A stretch of 64,000 nt of DNA from Candidatus Doudnabacteria bacterium (GCA_963837465.1 CAWINB010000001.1:75915-139914); one strand, 5' to 3'; shown: positions 46,172 through 56,638, counted from the first letter of the stretch. Made by a program: numbers and translations. Notes: generated by a model not told the origin, from the sequence alone.

Positions 46172-48244
46172 ATGGCAAAGAAAGAAGAGATAAAAAAAGC
46201 ATCCGGCGAGTATACCTCGGAGAATATTACTGTTCTTGAGGGTCTTGAGCCGGTGCGCAAGCGCCCGGGGATGTATATCGGGTCTACTTCGGTAACAGGG
46301 CTGCACCACCTTGTTTGGGAAATTGTGGACAACGCGGTTGACGAGGCCATGGCCGGCCACGCGGACAAAGTTTGGGTGCTAATGCAAAAAGACGGCGGCG
46401 TCAGCGTTTTGGACAACGGCCGCGGCATTCCTGTGGACGTGCACAAGACCACCAAGAAATCGGGTCTGGAAACAGTTTTAACCGTGCTTCACGCCGGCGG
46501 AAAATTCGGAGGCGAAGCCAGCGGCTACAAAGTTTCAGGCGGACTGCACGGCGTGGGCGCGTCCGTGGTTAACGCGCTGTCCACCAAGCTGATTGCCCAG
46601 GTTTACAAAGACGGCAAAATTTACGAGCAAAGCTTTAAAATCGGCAAACCGCAGAGCCAGATAAAAATTATCGGCAAACTCGGCAAAGACGAGCCCATCC
46701 AGCACGGCACCAGAATTACTTTTTACCCGGACGCCAGTATTTTTGAAACCATCAAATTCAATTTTAAAACTGTCCTGGAGCATTTGCGCAGCCAGGCGTA
46801 TTTAACCAAGGGCCTGCATTTTGTTATTACGGATGAAGCGGAAAATTTAACTTACCAGTATTATTTTGAGGGCGGGATTTTAAGCTATCTTAAACAGTTT
46901 AACCGCAACAAAAAAACCAAATCCCAGGCCGTTTATATTGCCAGGCAGGTGGAAGATGTGGCGATTGAAGTTGCCATCCAGTACACGGACGACTATGAAG
47001 AGCGCATTCTTTCTTACGCCAACAATGTTTACACTCCGGAGGGCGGTATGCACGTTACGGGTTTCAGGACGGCGCTGACCCGGGTAATCAACGGCTACGC
47101 CACAAAAAATAATTACGTCAAAGAAAGCGAAAAGCTGACCGGGGAAGACATGCGAGAGGGACTCAGCGCCATTATTTCGGTTAAGCTGCCGAATCCGCAG
47201 TTTGAAGGGCAGACCAAGGCCAAGTTGGGAAATCCCGAAGTCAGGACCGCCACGGAATCGGTGGTCGGAGAGGCTTTGGAAATTTATTTGGAGGAGCATC
47301 CTCAGGAAGCGGGGAAAATTATAGAAAAAGTTATTCTGGCCGCCAAAGCCAGAATCGCGGCCCGCGCGGCCAGGGACAGTGTTATCCGCAAAGGCGTTTT
47401 GGAGGGTCTGGCATTACCCGGCAAGCTGGCCGATTGCTCGGAGTCCGACCCAACCAAATGCGAAATGTACATTGTAGAGGGCGAAAGCGCCGGCGGTACG
47501 GCCAAGCAGGGCCGCGACAGGCGTTTTCAGGCTATTCTCTCCATGCGCGGCAAAATTTTAAACGTTGAACGGGCGCGGCTGGACAGGATGCTCGGCAACC
47601 AGGAAATAAAAAATATTATTATTGCTTTGGGCGCGGGCATTGGCGATATGTTTGATGTCGCGAAGCTTAGATATCATCGCATAGTTATTATGACAGATGC
47701 CGATGTAGACGGTTCACACATTCGTACGCTTTTACTGACCCTTTTTTACCGCTACTTTCCGGACATCATAAAAAATGGCTACGTTTACATTGCCCAGCCG
47801 CCGCTGTTTAAAGTCCAGGTCGGCCGCGATTCCAAATACGCTTTTTCCGACGAAGAGCGCGACAAAGTTTTAAAGGAGTTGGTGGCGGGAGCTAAAGAAA
47901 AAAAATCAGCTTCTAAATCATCCAAAGGCGGAAAATCCGCTGTAGCGCAGGCCCCCGGCCTGCCCGCCGAGGAAGAAGAGCAATCCACCGTGGAAGAAAC
48001 TACCGGCGGCAGTATGGATGGTTTTAAATACGGCATCCAGCGCTACAAAGGTCTTGGTGAAATGAACGCGGAACAGCTTTGGGAAACCACAATGGACCCA
48101 GCTAACAGGGTAATGCTCCAGGTTACCATTAAAGACGCGGAAAAAGTATCGGAAATTTTTGAAGTGTTAATGGGCGACGAAGTCGCCCCCAGAAAACGCT
48201 TTATAACCACACACGCCAAGGCGGTAAAAAATTTGGATATATAG
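46172..48244 (+). CDS. gyrB: DNA gyrase subunit B
   Basis: GHKL ATPase and TOPRIM motifs: LEGLEPVRKRPGMYIGST, YIVEGESAGG, PLKGKILNVE-like. Confidence 0.95.
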   Translation: MAKKEEIKKASGEYTSENITVLEGLEPVRKRPGMYIGSTSVTGLHHLVWEIVDNAVDEAMAGHADKVWVLMQKDGGVSVLDNGRGIPVDVHKTTKKSGLETVLTVLHAGGKFGGEASGYKVSGGLHGVGASVVNALSTKLIAQVYKDGKIYEQSFKIGKPQSQIKIIGKLGKDEPIQHGTRITFYPDASIFETIKFNFKTVLEHLRSQAYLTKGLHFVITDEAENLTYQYYFEGGILSYLKQFNRNKKTKSQAVYIARQVEDVAIEVAIQYTDDYEERILSYANNVYTPEGGMHVTGFRTALTRVINGYATKNNYVKESEKLTGEDMREGLSAIISVKLPNPQFEGQTKAKLGNPEVRTATESVVGEALEIYLEEHPQEAGKIIEKVILAAKARIAARAARDSVIRKGVLEGLALPGKLADCSESDPTKCEMYIVEGESAGGTAKQGRDRRFQAILSMRGKILNVERARLDRMLGNQEIKNIIIALGAGIGDMFDVAKLRYHRIVIMTDADVDGSHIRTLLLTLFYRYFPDIIKNGYVYIAQPPLFKVQVGRDSKYAFSDEERDKVLKELVAGAKEKKSASKSSKGGKSAVAQAPGLPAEEEEQSTVEETTGGSMDGFKYGIQRYKGLGEMNAEQLWETTMDPANRVMLQVTIKDAEKVSEIFEVLMGDEVAPRKRFITTHAKAVKNLDI

Positions 48245-48251
48245 CCAAAAG

Positions 48252-48665
48252 ATGATCACTAAAAAATCCAAAATTTTAATTATTTTAATAGGATTAGTGT
48301 TCTTATTATTTGGCTCATATAACATATTTTCAACTATAATAAAAATTCGTGGTTTTACCCAAGCGTCTGGCCAAGTTACAAATATAATCCACATCCAGCA
48401 AATAGGACAAAGGGTTAATAATTATTACTACCCTGAAATCACATTTAAAACTACAAGCGGGCAAGTAACCAATTTTATTTATTATAAATCATTTGATCCC
48501 ACAGGTTATCAAATTGGAGAAATTGTTCCGGTAATATATAACCCTCAGAACCCGACAAATGCTTTAATAAACAGCCTCTTTGATTTATTCTTTTGGCCCT
48601 CTATCAGTTTCATAATTGGAATAGCCAGCATTATACTTATACTAAAAGTGAAGGCAAAAAGTTAA
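48252..48665 (+). CDS. hypothetical membrane protein
   Basis: 137 aa, AT-rich, two TM helices. Confidence 0.4.
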   Translation: MITKKSKILIILIGLVFLLFGSYNIFSTIIKIRGFTQASGQVTNIIHIQQIGQRVNNYYYPEITFKTTSGQVTNFIYYKSFDPTGYQIGEIVPVIYNPQNPTNALINSLFDLFFWPSISFIIGIASIILILKVKAKS

Positions 48666-48841
48666 TATTTAAATTTACCTACGATGGTCTGGTTTACCTT
48701 AAAACTTTAACATTGACATAAAAATAATTTTCACGTATCATATACGAAGTCTATTTATATTATAAAATAATCCACCATGCCTTGGCGTCATTCTGAACAT
48801 GAATGCATCTGAGGGTGGAGAATTTCTTATCTAAGGTCCTT

Positions 48842-49303
48842 ATGTCCAAAAAATATTTGCTCACGCAGGAAGGTTTGGTTAAGTTAAACGACGAGTTAAA
48901 GGAACTGATTAACAAAAAACGTCCGGACGTGATTGAACGCATCCGCGAGGCGGCCAGCCATGGCGATTTAAGCGAGAACGCGGATTACGCCCAGGCCCGG
49001 GAAGAGCAAAGTTTTATAGAAGGGCGTATTCAGGAAATTGAGGATATTGTCAAGAACGCGGAAATTATTACCACCCAAACCCACGGCAGCACGGTGACCA
49101 TCGGTTCAACCGTTACCGTAAAAAATTCCGGCACGGACCGCAAATATACCATCGTCGGCAGCAACGAGGCCAACCCCAAGGAAGGCAAAATCAGCAACGA
49201 GTCCATGGTTGGCAAATCTTTGCTGGGGCGCAAAGTCGGCGAAAAGTTCAATGTTACCACTCCGGGCGGCGAAATGGCCTACGAAATAATAAATATAGAA
49301 TAA
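48842..49303 (+). CDS. greA: transcription elongation factor GreA
   Basis: LTQEGLVKLNDEL...GDLSENADY is the GreA N-terminal coiled coil and signature. Start at ATG 48842. Confidence 0.85.
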   Translation: MSKKYLLTQEGLVKLNDELKELINKKRPDVIERIREAASHGDLSENADYAQAREEQSFIEGRIQEIEDIVKNAEIITTQTHGSTVTIGSTVTVKNSGTDRKYTIVGSNEANPKEGKISNESMVGKSLLGRKVGEKFNVTTPGGEMAYEIINIE

Positions 49304-49381
49304 TTTTACGGTTTTCGTTTTTATGATGCATTTGTCAGCCGCCCTTTGTAAAAAAGGGCGGTTTTTGTTATACTTTAGGGT

Positions 49382-50869
49382 ATGAGCGAACGACTTGAAG
49401 ACATTTTGGATAATCGTAAAAAGAAGCTGGAAGCCATAAAACAGTCGGGGACAGACCCTTACCCTTCGTCAACCATCCGCACCCATACAAACAGGCAGGC
49501 GTTGGATGATTTTGATAATTTGCAAAACCTAACTGTTACCTTGGTCGGACGCGTTAGAAGTTTCCGCGATATGGGAAAAATTATTTTTATCCATATTGAA
49601 GATGGAACGGCCAAAATCCAGGTTTTGCTTAAACAGGACGAAATCGGTAAAGACGCGTTTGACTTTTTCCTCAAAAATTTTGACAGCGGAGATTTTATAG
49701 AAGTTTCCGGTACGCTGTTTAAAACTAAGACCGAAGAAAAAACCTTGCAAGCCGCATCCTACAAGCTCTTGGCTAAATCTTTGCTCCCGCTTCCAACCGA
49801 GCATTTTGGCATTCAGGATGAAGAAACCAAACTGCGTAAGCGTTATTTGGATATTTTAACCAATCCGGAAACTAAAGACATCTTTATAAAAAAGAACAAG
49901 TTTTGGTCTTCAATGCGCAAATTCCTGGTAGATCGTGGATTTTTAGAGCTTGAGATGCCGGTTTTGGAAGCTGTACCCGGAGGAGCTGAGGCCGATCCTT
50001 TCATTACGCATCATAACGCCTTAGGCCGGGATTTTTATTTGCGTATATCTCTTGAATTACCGCTTAAAAAAATGCTGGTGGCCGGTTTTGAAAAAGTTTT
50101 TGAAATCGGAAGGATTTTTCGCAACGAAGGCATCTCAACCGAACATTTGCAGGACTACACGCAAATGGAATTTTACTGGGCTTACGGCGACTTTGAAAAG
50201 CTGATGGATTTTTGCCAGGAAATGTATCAATATGTTATAAAGGAAACTTTCGGCACGCTGGAAATCCCGTCATACCAGGGCAACGTTATAAACTGGGACG
50301 GAAGGTGGCCGCGACTGGATTATTTCCAATTGTTTTTAAAGCATACAGGCCTAGATTTAAACAGCGCGACAGAAGACAATCTCAAGGAATATGCTGATAA
50401 AAAAGGAATAAAGTACGAACCGTTCGCAGGCAAAGGAAGGCTGATTGACCTTATCTTTAAAAAAACTATACGCACGCTCCCGCAAGTAGCATCACAGCCG
50501 GTGTTTTTGGTCAACCAGCCGGTGGAGCTGGAACCTTTGGCCAAGCGTGACCCCAAAAATCCTAAAGCTGTGCAAAGGATGCAAATTTTGGCCTGCGGCT
50601 CTGAATTGGGAAAGGGTTTTGGAGAACTTAACGATCCGATTGAGCAAAAATCCCGCTTTAACGAGCAGATGAAGCTTAGGCAAGCGGGTGACAGCGAAGC
50701 GCAAATGATAGACGAAGACTACGTGGAAGCCATGGAATACGGTATGCCCCCGGCCGCGGGTTTTGGCCTGTCCGAAAGGCTGTTTGCCGTTTTAATGGAT
50801 AAATCAATAAGAGAAACTGTTGTTTTTCCGCTTATGAAACCCTCCGACAGTAATCAAAAAAGTAAATAG
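49382..50869 (+). CDS. lysS: lysyl-tRNA synthetase (class II)
   Basis: OB-fold N-domain and class II motifs (FRNEGISTEH, MEFYWAY, GLSERLF). Confidence 0.9.
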   Translation: MSERLEDILDNRKKKLEAIKQSGTDPYPSSTIRTHTNRQALDDFDNLQNLTVTLVGRVRSFRDMGKIIFIHIEDGTAKIQVLLKQDEIGKDAFDFFLKNFDSGDFIEVSGTLFKTKTEEKTLQAASYKLLAKSLLPLPTEHFGIQDEETKLRKRYLDILTNPETKDIFIKKNKFWSSMRKFLVDRGFLELEMPVLEAVPGGAEADPFITHHNALGRDFYLRISLELPLKKMLVAGFEKVFEIGRIFRNEGISTEHLQDYTQMEFYWAYGDFEKLMDFCQEMYQYVIKETFGTLEIPSYQGNVINWDGRWPRLDYFQLFLKHTGLDLNSATEDNLKEYADKKGIKYEPFAGKGRLIDLIFKKTIRTLPQVASQPVFLVNQPVELEPLAKRDPKNPKAVQRMQILACGSELGKGFGELNDPIEQKSRFNEQMKLRQAGDSEAQMIDEDYVEAMEYGMPPAAGFGLSERLFAVLMDKSIRETVVFPLMKPSDSNQKSK

Positions 50870-50870
50870 T

Positions 50871-51293
50871 ATGCCTCAAAATCAACTTACCATTGTTGTC
50901 GCGTTAATCAGAAATGAAAAAAACGAAGTCCTTTTAGCTCAAAGAAATGAACCCGCGACGCCGCAAGTTCATAATATGTGGGAGTTCCCCGGAGGTAAAA
51001 TAGAGTTTGGTGAAGATCCAGAAACTGCGGTAATAAGGGAGGCCAGAGAAGAAACGGGGTTGGAAATAAAAATAAAAAGGCTTTTGCCGAAAATTTACAC
51101 TCATGTTTGGGATAATACCGAAAATGTTTATCAAGTTATCATTTTAGCATATGAATGCAAGGTTGTCGGTTTAACAATTACAAGTAACGACCCTAAAATT
51201 AAAGCATTAAAGTATTTTAAACTACCAGAAATTAATTACGATGATTGTTTGCCAAGGATGAAAGAAATAATTGATTTATTAAAAGCTAACTAA
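50871..51293 (+). CDS. Nudix hydrolase
   Basis: Intact Nudix box GGKIEFGEDPETAVIREAREETGL. Confidence 0.75.
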   Translation: MPQNQLTIVVALIRNEKNEVLLAQRNEPATPQVHNMWEFPGGKIEFGEDPETAVIREAREETGLEIKIKRLLPKIYTHVWDNTENVYQVIILAYECKVVGLTITSNDPKIKALKYFKLPEINYDDCLPRMKEIIDLLKAN

Positions 51294-51362
51294 ATGTAGC
51301 GTGCCGATTTATCGGCGTTATTAGAATAGCCCATAAATGGGCGCGCTACGAGCTCGCATCAT

Positions 51363-52709
51363 ATGCTCGACATAAAATTTATCCGTGAAAACGCGGACAA
51401 AGTAAAAAAAGCCATAACAGACAAAAGGATAGTCCTGGATCTTGATGAACTTCTCAACCTGGACGCCAAACGGCGCGACCTTTTAACGGAACTGGAGGGC
51501 CTGCAGGCGGTTAAGAATCAGGCTTCCCGGGAAATCCCGTCATTACCCGCAGAAGAAAAAAAGGTTAAGCTTTTGGAAATGAAGGAAGTGGACGAAAAAA
51601 GCACGGCTTTAAAAAAGCAGGTTACAGAAGTGGAGACGGAGTATGTAAGGCTGATGTATTTGGTGCCAAACATACCGAGCCCCGAAACCCCCATTGGAGA
51701 AGACGAATCCAAAAATATCGCGTGGCGCTACTGGAGCCAGGCGACAGGAATTATTGATCCTTTTAAGGACGGTCAAAAAGTGAAAGATGTGCCGGCAAAA
51801 TTCGATTTTCAAATAAAAGACCATATTGCCCTGGGTAAAGATTTGGATTTGATAGACACCGAAGCCGGGGTAAAAACTTCGGGCTTTAGGGGCTATTACC
51901 TAAAAAACGAAGCGGTACTTATGCAGTATGGGCTTATTTGGCTGGCCTTGAAAAAAATGCAGGAAAAAGGCTTTGGGTTAATGATCCCGCCGATTTTGGA
52001 CCGCGAATTCGCCTTTTACGGGAGCGGGCATTTCCCATTTGGCAAAGGCGACCAATATCAGGTACTGACTGAAGACGAAAAGCAAAAAGGGGATTCGGAG
52101 CCTCTTTATCTGGCCGGGACTTCGGAACCTTCGCTCCTGGCTTATTACTCCGACAAAACTTTGGAAGAAAAAGATTTACCCGTAAAAGTTTGCGGCGTCA
52201 GCCCGTGCTTTAGGGGAGAAATCGGCTCTTACGGAAAAGACGCGCGCGGAATTTACAGGGTGCACGAATTTATGAAAGTGGAACAAGTTGTTTTGTGCCG
52301 GGCGGATATAATAGAAAGCGAAAAATGGCTTGAAGATATGCGGGAAATAGCCGAGAGCCTGCTGCAGGATTTGAAACTGCCGTACAGAGTCTTAAATATT
52401 TGCACCGGGGATATGGGCGCGGGCAAATATAAAATGTACGATATTGAAACCTGGATGCCTTCACGCAACAGCTTTGGAGAAACCCACAGTGATTCCAACT
52501 TAACCGACTGGCAGGCGCGCCGCTTAAACATTAAATACAAAGCGGCGGACGGTAGAATTAAGCATGTCTACACGCTTAATAACACCGTGGTCGCCTCACC
52601 CCGAATTTTAATCGCCATTTTGGAAAATTACCAGCAAAAAGACGGCAGCATAACAGTGCCGGAAGCTTTACGGCCTTACGTGGGTAAGGATTTAATTAAA
52701 AAGAATTAA
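51363..52709 (+). CDS. serS: seryl-tRNA synthetase
   Basis: N-terminal coiled-coil arm and class II core (FRGE, GAGKYK...). Confidence 0.9.
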   Translation: MLDIKFIRENADKVKKAITDKRIVLDLDELLNLDAKRRDLLTELEGLQAVKNQASREIPSLPAEEKKVKLLEMKEVDEKSTALKKQVTEVETEYVRLMYLVPNIPSPETPIGEDESKNIAWRYWSQATGIIDPFKDGQKVKDVPAKFDFQIKDHIALGKDLDLIDTEAGVKTSGFRGYYLKNEAVLMQYGLIWLALKKMQEKGFGLMIPPILDREFAFYGSGHFPFGKGDQYQVLTEDEKQKGDSEPLYLAGTSEPSLLAYYSDKTLEEKDLPVKVCGVSPCFRGEIGSYGKDARGIYRVHEFMKVEQVVLCRADIIESEKWLEDMREIAESLLQDLKLPYRVLNICTGDMGAGKYKMYDIETWMPSRNSFGETHSDSNLTDWQARRLNIKYKAADGRIKHVYTLNNTVVASPRILIAILENYQQKDGSITVPEALRPYVGKDLIKKN

Positions 52710-52857
52710 CACGGATATACTGATTGGCCGCGGATCTACGGATATCTACTGATACTAAACTGCTACGGCGGATGTGAATAATTACCGCGTCTGATTATTG
52801 GAGTCCGTAGGCATCAGCAGATCCGTACCCCATCCGTAAACCCGTGTTTTATTATGT
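52705..52857 (+). promoter_or_regulatory. conserved structured intergenic module (copy A) upstream of the ftsQ-like gene
   Basis: Starts with ATTAACACGGAT overlapping the serS stop. CGGATCTACGGATATCTACTGATAC ... AGATCCGTACCCCATCCGTAAACCCGTGTTTTATTATGTATG. Paralogous to 59431-59554. Confidence 0.5.
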
Positions 52858-53841
52858 ATGTTCGGAAACAAAAAGAAAACCGACTCAAAAGTTCGCTTCC
52901 AAAACCGCGGTTTCCGGCGGCAACTGCGAAAGGCCAGAAACTATAAGCGACCTTTAAGGAAACTGCCGGAAACCCGCTGGCAGTTATTTTTGTCAAAAAT
53001 CGGCTTGGGCTCCTGGCTGTCCAGGATCCTGACTTCGGCGGTTTTTTTTGCCCTAGTTTACGTGGTTTTTATTCCCAATGTATTTTTCGTAAAGCAAATT
53101 AGCATTAACGGGGCGAGCCAGGATGTTTACGGGGATATTTACAACATTACCAACTCCTACCTGAGCCGGGAAACTCCCTGGCCGCAAAGAAATCTGCTTT
53201 TACTTTCCGAAAGCGGACTGAAAAGTTACCTCCTCGGCAATGACCAGAAAATTTTAAATGTAACCCGGATCAGCAAAAAATTTCCTTCCGCTTTGGTTAT
53301 AGATGTTACGGCCCGGGTCAATGAGTTTGTTGTTCAAACGGCCAGCTCAACCAATTACGCGCTGTCATCCGACGGCTTGGTTACGGGCGAAATCCAAACC
53401 GACGCCTCCGGCACCTTGCCAACCGGGCTGATTTTAATTAAACTTACGGATGACAACAATGTCAGCGTCGGCTCAAACCCGCTCCCGAAAAGCAGCCTGG
53501 ATTATATTTCCGGAATACAGGGCAGTCTGCCGGGGGTTGCCGGCTCAACGGTCAACTACTACGAGATGTCGGATTTGTCCAGCCCGGATTTGGATGCTTA
53601 TTTAAAAAACGGCCTCCTGCTTAAATTGAGCCTGAGTTCCGATTTAAACCAGACACTGGGCAGATTAAAGTTATTATTGTCGCAGTTTAGCCCGGCCGAA
53701 CTGAGAAGCCTTCACTACGTAGATATGCGCTTTGCCGACCGGGCTTATGTTTGCTACCAAGGCGCTCCCTGCGCGCAAAATATCACGGTTCCCCAAAGCT
53801 CGGCCACTTCAACAGCCAGCTCTACAATTACCGGCGATTAA
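52858..53841 (+). CDS. FtsQ/DivIB-like cell-division protein (POTRA domain)
   Basis: Basic N-terminus, single TM, and FVKQISINGASQ at the POTRA start. Assignment is moderate. Confidence 0.45.
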   Translation: MFGNKKKTDSKVRFQNRGFRRQLRKARNYKRPLRKLPETRWQLFLSKIGLGSWLSRILTSAVFFALVYVVFIPNVFFVKQISINGASQDVYGDIYNITNSYLSRETPWPQRNLLLLSESGLKSYLLGNDQKILNVTRISKKFPSALVIDVTARVNEFVVQTASSTNYALSSDGLVTGEIQTDASGTLPTGLILIKLTDDNNVSVGSNPLPKSSLDYISGIQGSLPGVAGSTVNYYEMSDLSSPDLDAYLKNGLLLKLSLSSDLNQTLGRLKLLLSQFSPAELRSLHYVDMRFADRAYVCYQGAPCAQNITVPQSSATSTASSTITGD

Positions 53842-53855
53842 AAAATTATAAAAGC

Positions 53856-54537
53856 ATGAGTAAACTTTTTGTTGTTTCCCTCGGAGGTTCTTTGATTAAT
53901 CCGGGGCAAGTTGACGCGGTTTTTTTAAAAAAATTCCGGACTTTGGTGTTGGAGCAGGTAAAAAAAGGCAATCGGTTTATTTTAATAACGGGCGGCGGAA
54001 AGCCAGCCAGGGATTATCTGGCCGCCTTAAAATCCGTAGCCAAGTCATCCAGCAATGAGCTGGATTGGATGGGAATTTTCGTCGACCAGGCTTAACGCCC
54101 AGCTGGTGCGGCTAATGTTCGGCAAACTTGCCCATGGCGGAATTGTAGAGGATCCCAATATCAAATTAAGTTTTAAAGAAAAAATTCTGGTCGCCGGCGG
54201 CTGGATGCCGGGCCGGAGTACGGATGACGACGCGGTAAGGCTGGCCAAAATTTACGGCGCGGGTACCGTAATAAATTTAAGTAATATCGATTATGTTTAC
54301 ACAAAAGATCCGCGAAAATTCAAAGACGCCAAACTAATAAAAGACATTTCCTGGAAAGATTTCAGGAAAATCGTGGGCAACAAATGGGATCCGGGCAAAA
54401 ACCTGCCCTTTGACCCGACTGCCGCCAAGCTGGCCGAGCAGCTTAAGCTAAAAGTTATAATCGCCAACGGAAAAAATTTGGGAAATCTGAAAAATATTTT
54501 GGAAGGCAAAAATTTTAAGGGGACAACAGTACGCTAA
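53856..54537 (+). pseudogene. pyrH: UMP kinase (archaeal-type amino-acid-kinase family) with +1 frameshift near 54070-54092
   Basis: Frame A MSKLFVVSLGGSL...ELDWMGIFVDQA stops. Frame B continues STRLNAQLVRLMFG...VAGGW... through the C-terminal kinase domain. Combined ~228 aa. Confidence 0.6.
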
Positions 54538-54575
54538 AACACGGAAGACACGGACAAGAAACGGAGGAGGACGTG

Positions 54576-56186
54576 TTAGTTGACCCTGTACTCATCCACA
54601 TAAATAATAGTACCCAAATAAGGACGGACTTCGGCGTACTGCTGTTCATCCACCTCGGTCCAGTTAAGCGGCATTTGGGGTTTATTGGAGCCAAAGGCGT
54701 AGGTCCAAACAAGCCATTCGGTATCGCCCGGATGAGCATATTGGGCAAATGTGGGGGCTAAATCCGAGTTGGATAAAAGCGCCGAACCCTCGACCGAAGA
54801 TATCTGGCTGACGTTTGACCTGCCGCCGGTAAAAAGCAGCGGGGGATTGGGAGTCGGGTAGTAAACGAGCTCGTAGTATTTGTAATTAAAAAATTCAAAG
54901 CTGGTGCCAACAAACACGTGCTGGCCTGAAGCTACGTTTTCACCCAAAAATTTAGCGGCCGCGTTCATTCCCGGCCTGGTGGAAATATCCAAACCTGACC
55001 AGTAGTTGTAAAAACAGATTAAGTTAAGAACGCAATAAATCCCAAACAGGCTGTAAGCCAAAAACGCGGCCTTTATTTCACTCAGCCACGCGGCCAACGC
55101 TATGGAATAAAAAACGGCCGCGAACAAAAAGTAACGGTCTTCGTAAACCGAACGGCCGTGGCAGACTAAAGAGCCGCCGCCGTGGACGCAACTGATGCTC
55201 TTTAGGTAAAACAGAACGGAGCCTATAAACGGCATCGCGACGCAAAGCAGCACCAGCCATTTTTCAAACTTATCCGTCCCGCGGATAAATCTCCATAAAA
55301 AGTAAATTGTAAACAATGTTACGGCCAGCAGCCACAGCTGAGTGGAAAATTTTGCGGTGTCGTCGGCAAAACCAAGCAAGATTGACCACAGCGTGGAGGG
55401 AATGCTCCACCAGGTCATATCCGGAATCCAGTAACTTTGGCCTACGGATTTAAGCTGGCCTAAAAACTGGCGGAACCAGGGAAGGAAGCAAACCAGCGAC
55501 AGGAAACAGGCGACAAGAAACGGAAGGTAATTTCTGTAGTTTTTACGATAGTGGGCGATGCAAAAAAATAACCCATACAGCATCAGTGCCGCTGCCGTAA
55601 ACAAAAGGTAGTAGTGGGTAAGGATAATTATGGCCGTGCAAACAATAAAACCAACGTAATTCCAAATAAACTTTTTTTTAAGCTTGATATCCCGCGGCAG
55701 GTTCGGCATGTTCATTTTCTGATCGCCGGCGTATTTTTTTTGTTCACGCAAGGCTTTGACTAAAAAATAAGCGGCCAAAACCGCGAAAAAAGCGCCAAAG
55801 GTATACATACGGGCTTCGGTTACGTACTGGAGCTGGAAAGGATTTATGGCCACAAACACCGCGGCCCAAATGGCCATCTTTTCATCGTCAAAAGTTTCTT
55901 TAACAAACAGGTAAACCGCCGGTATGGTTAATACCGCGAACAAAACAGAAAATCCCCGCAGCGACCACATGCCGTCGCCAAAAATATAATACCAAAACCG
56001 CAAAGCGATATAATACATTGGCGGATGGACATCCAAAGCCAGCCGCCGGAACATTTCCCCCCAGCTATACCTAATCATCAAAGCCGAAAAAGCCTCATCA
56101 TGCCAAAGCGAAATATCCGTATTATGATAAACTCTCAAAGCTAAACCGACTAAAATAATTAAAAAAAGTGGCCAGTATTTTTTCAT
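54576..56186 (-). CDS. GT39/ArnT-PMT-like membrane glycosyltransferase
   Basis: 536 aa, >10 TM helices. N-terminal loop RVYHNTDISLWHDEAFS (DE motif). Confidence 0.65.
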   Translation of the reverse strand: MKKYWPLFLIILVGLALRVYHNTDISLWHDEAFSALMIRYSWGEMFRRLALDVHPPMYYIALRFWYYIFGDGMWSLRGFSVLFAVLTIPAVYLFVKETFDDEKMAIWAAVFVAINPFQLQYVTEARMYTFGAFFAVLAAYFLVKALREQKKYAGDQKMNMPNLPRDIKLKKKFIWNYVGFIVCTAIIILTHYYLLFTAAALMLYGLFFCIAHYRKNYRNYLPFLVACFLSLVCFLPWFRQFLGQLKSVGQSYWIPDMTWWSIPSTLWSILLGFADDTAKFSTQLWLLAVTLFTIYFLWRFIRGTDKFEKWLVLLCVAMPFIGSVLFYLKSISCVHGGGSLVCHGRSVYEDRYFLFAAVFYSIALAAWLSEIKAAFLAYSLFGIYCVLNLICFYNYWSGLDISTRPGMNAAAKFLGENVASGQHVFVGTSFEFFNYKYYELVYYPTPNPPLLFTGGRSNVSQISSVEGSALLSNSDLAPTFAQYAHPGDTEWLVWTYAFGSNKPQMPLNWTEVDEQQYAEVRPYLGTIIYVDEYRVN

Positions 56187-56202
56187 TTCAAAATTAGTTA
56201 AA

Positions 56203-56445
56203 TTAATTTGTAAATTTAAATGTTGAATTTACTTTTATAATAGTTGGATCATTGCCACAGGTGGGGTCCAAAAAAGTATATGCGTAACCTTCATGGATTA
56301 TTACAAAAAAATTTTCGGTACAGCCACCTTCAGTAATTGGATCACTTACATACAGAACAGGGTTGCCAAATTGCCTGCCCAGAATTTTGGCAGGCAACAA
56401 TGAAGGATCTCTAGCGGCGTACTGATTATTAAACCAATCATCCAA
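56203..56445 (-). CDS. small hypothetical protein
   Basis: 80-aa ORF. No motif. Low coding confidence. Confidence 0.2.
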   Translation of the reverse strand: MDDWFNNQYAARDPSLLPAKILGRQFGNPVLYVSDPITEGGCTENFFVIIHEGYAYTFLDPTCGNDPTIIKVNSTFKFTN

Positions 56446-56638
56446 ATTAGAATAACTAGTCGGTGCGATTGAAATGTAATAATCAGCCCCTCCCTCTGAT
56501 AGAGGAGAATTGTTATTTAAAGATTAAAGTTGGCCGCTTGACAAATTTTTTAAAACTGCTAGTATACATATACAAATGGCCATGTGGCCTCCGAGACCCC
56601 TGCATTTCCGCAGGGGTCGATTTGTTATTATTGTTATT

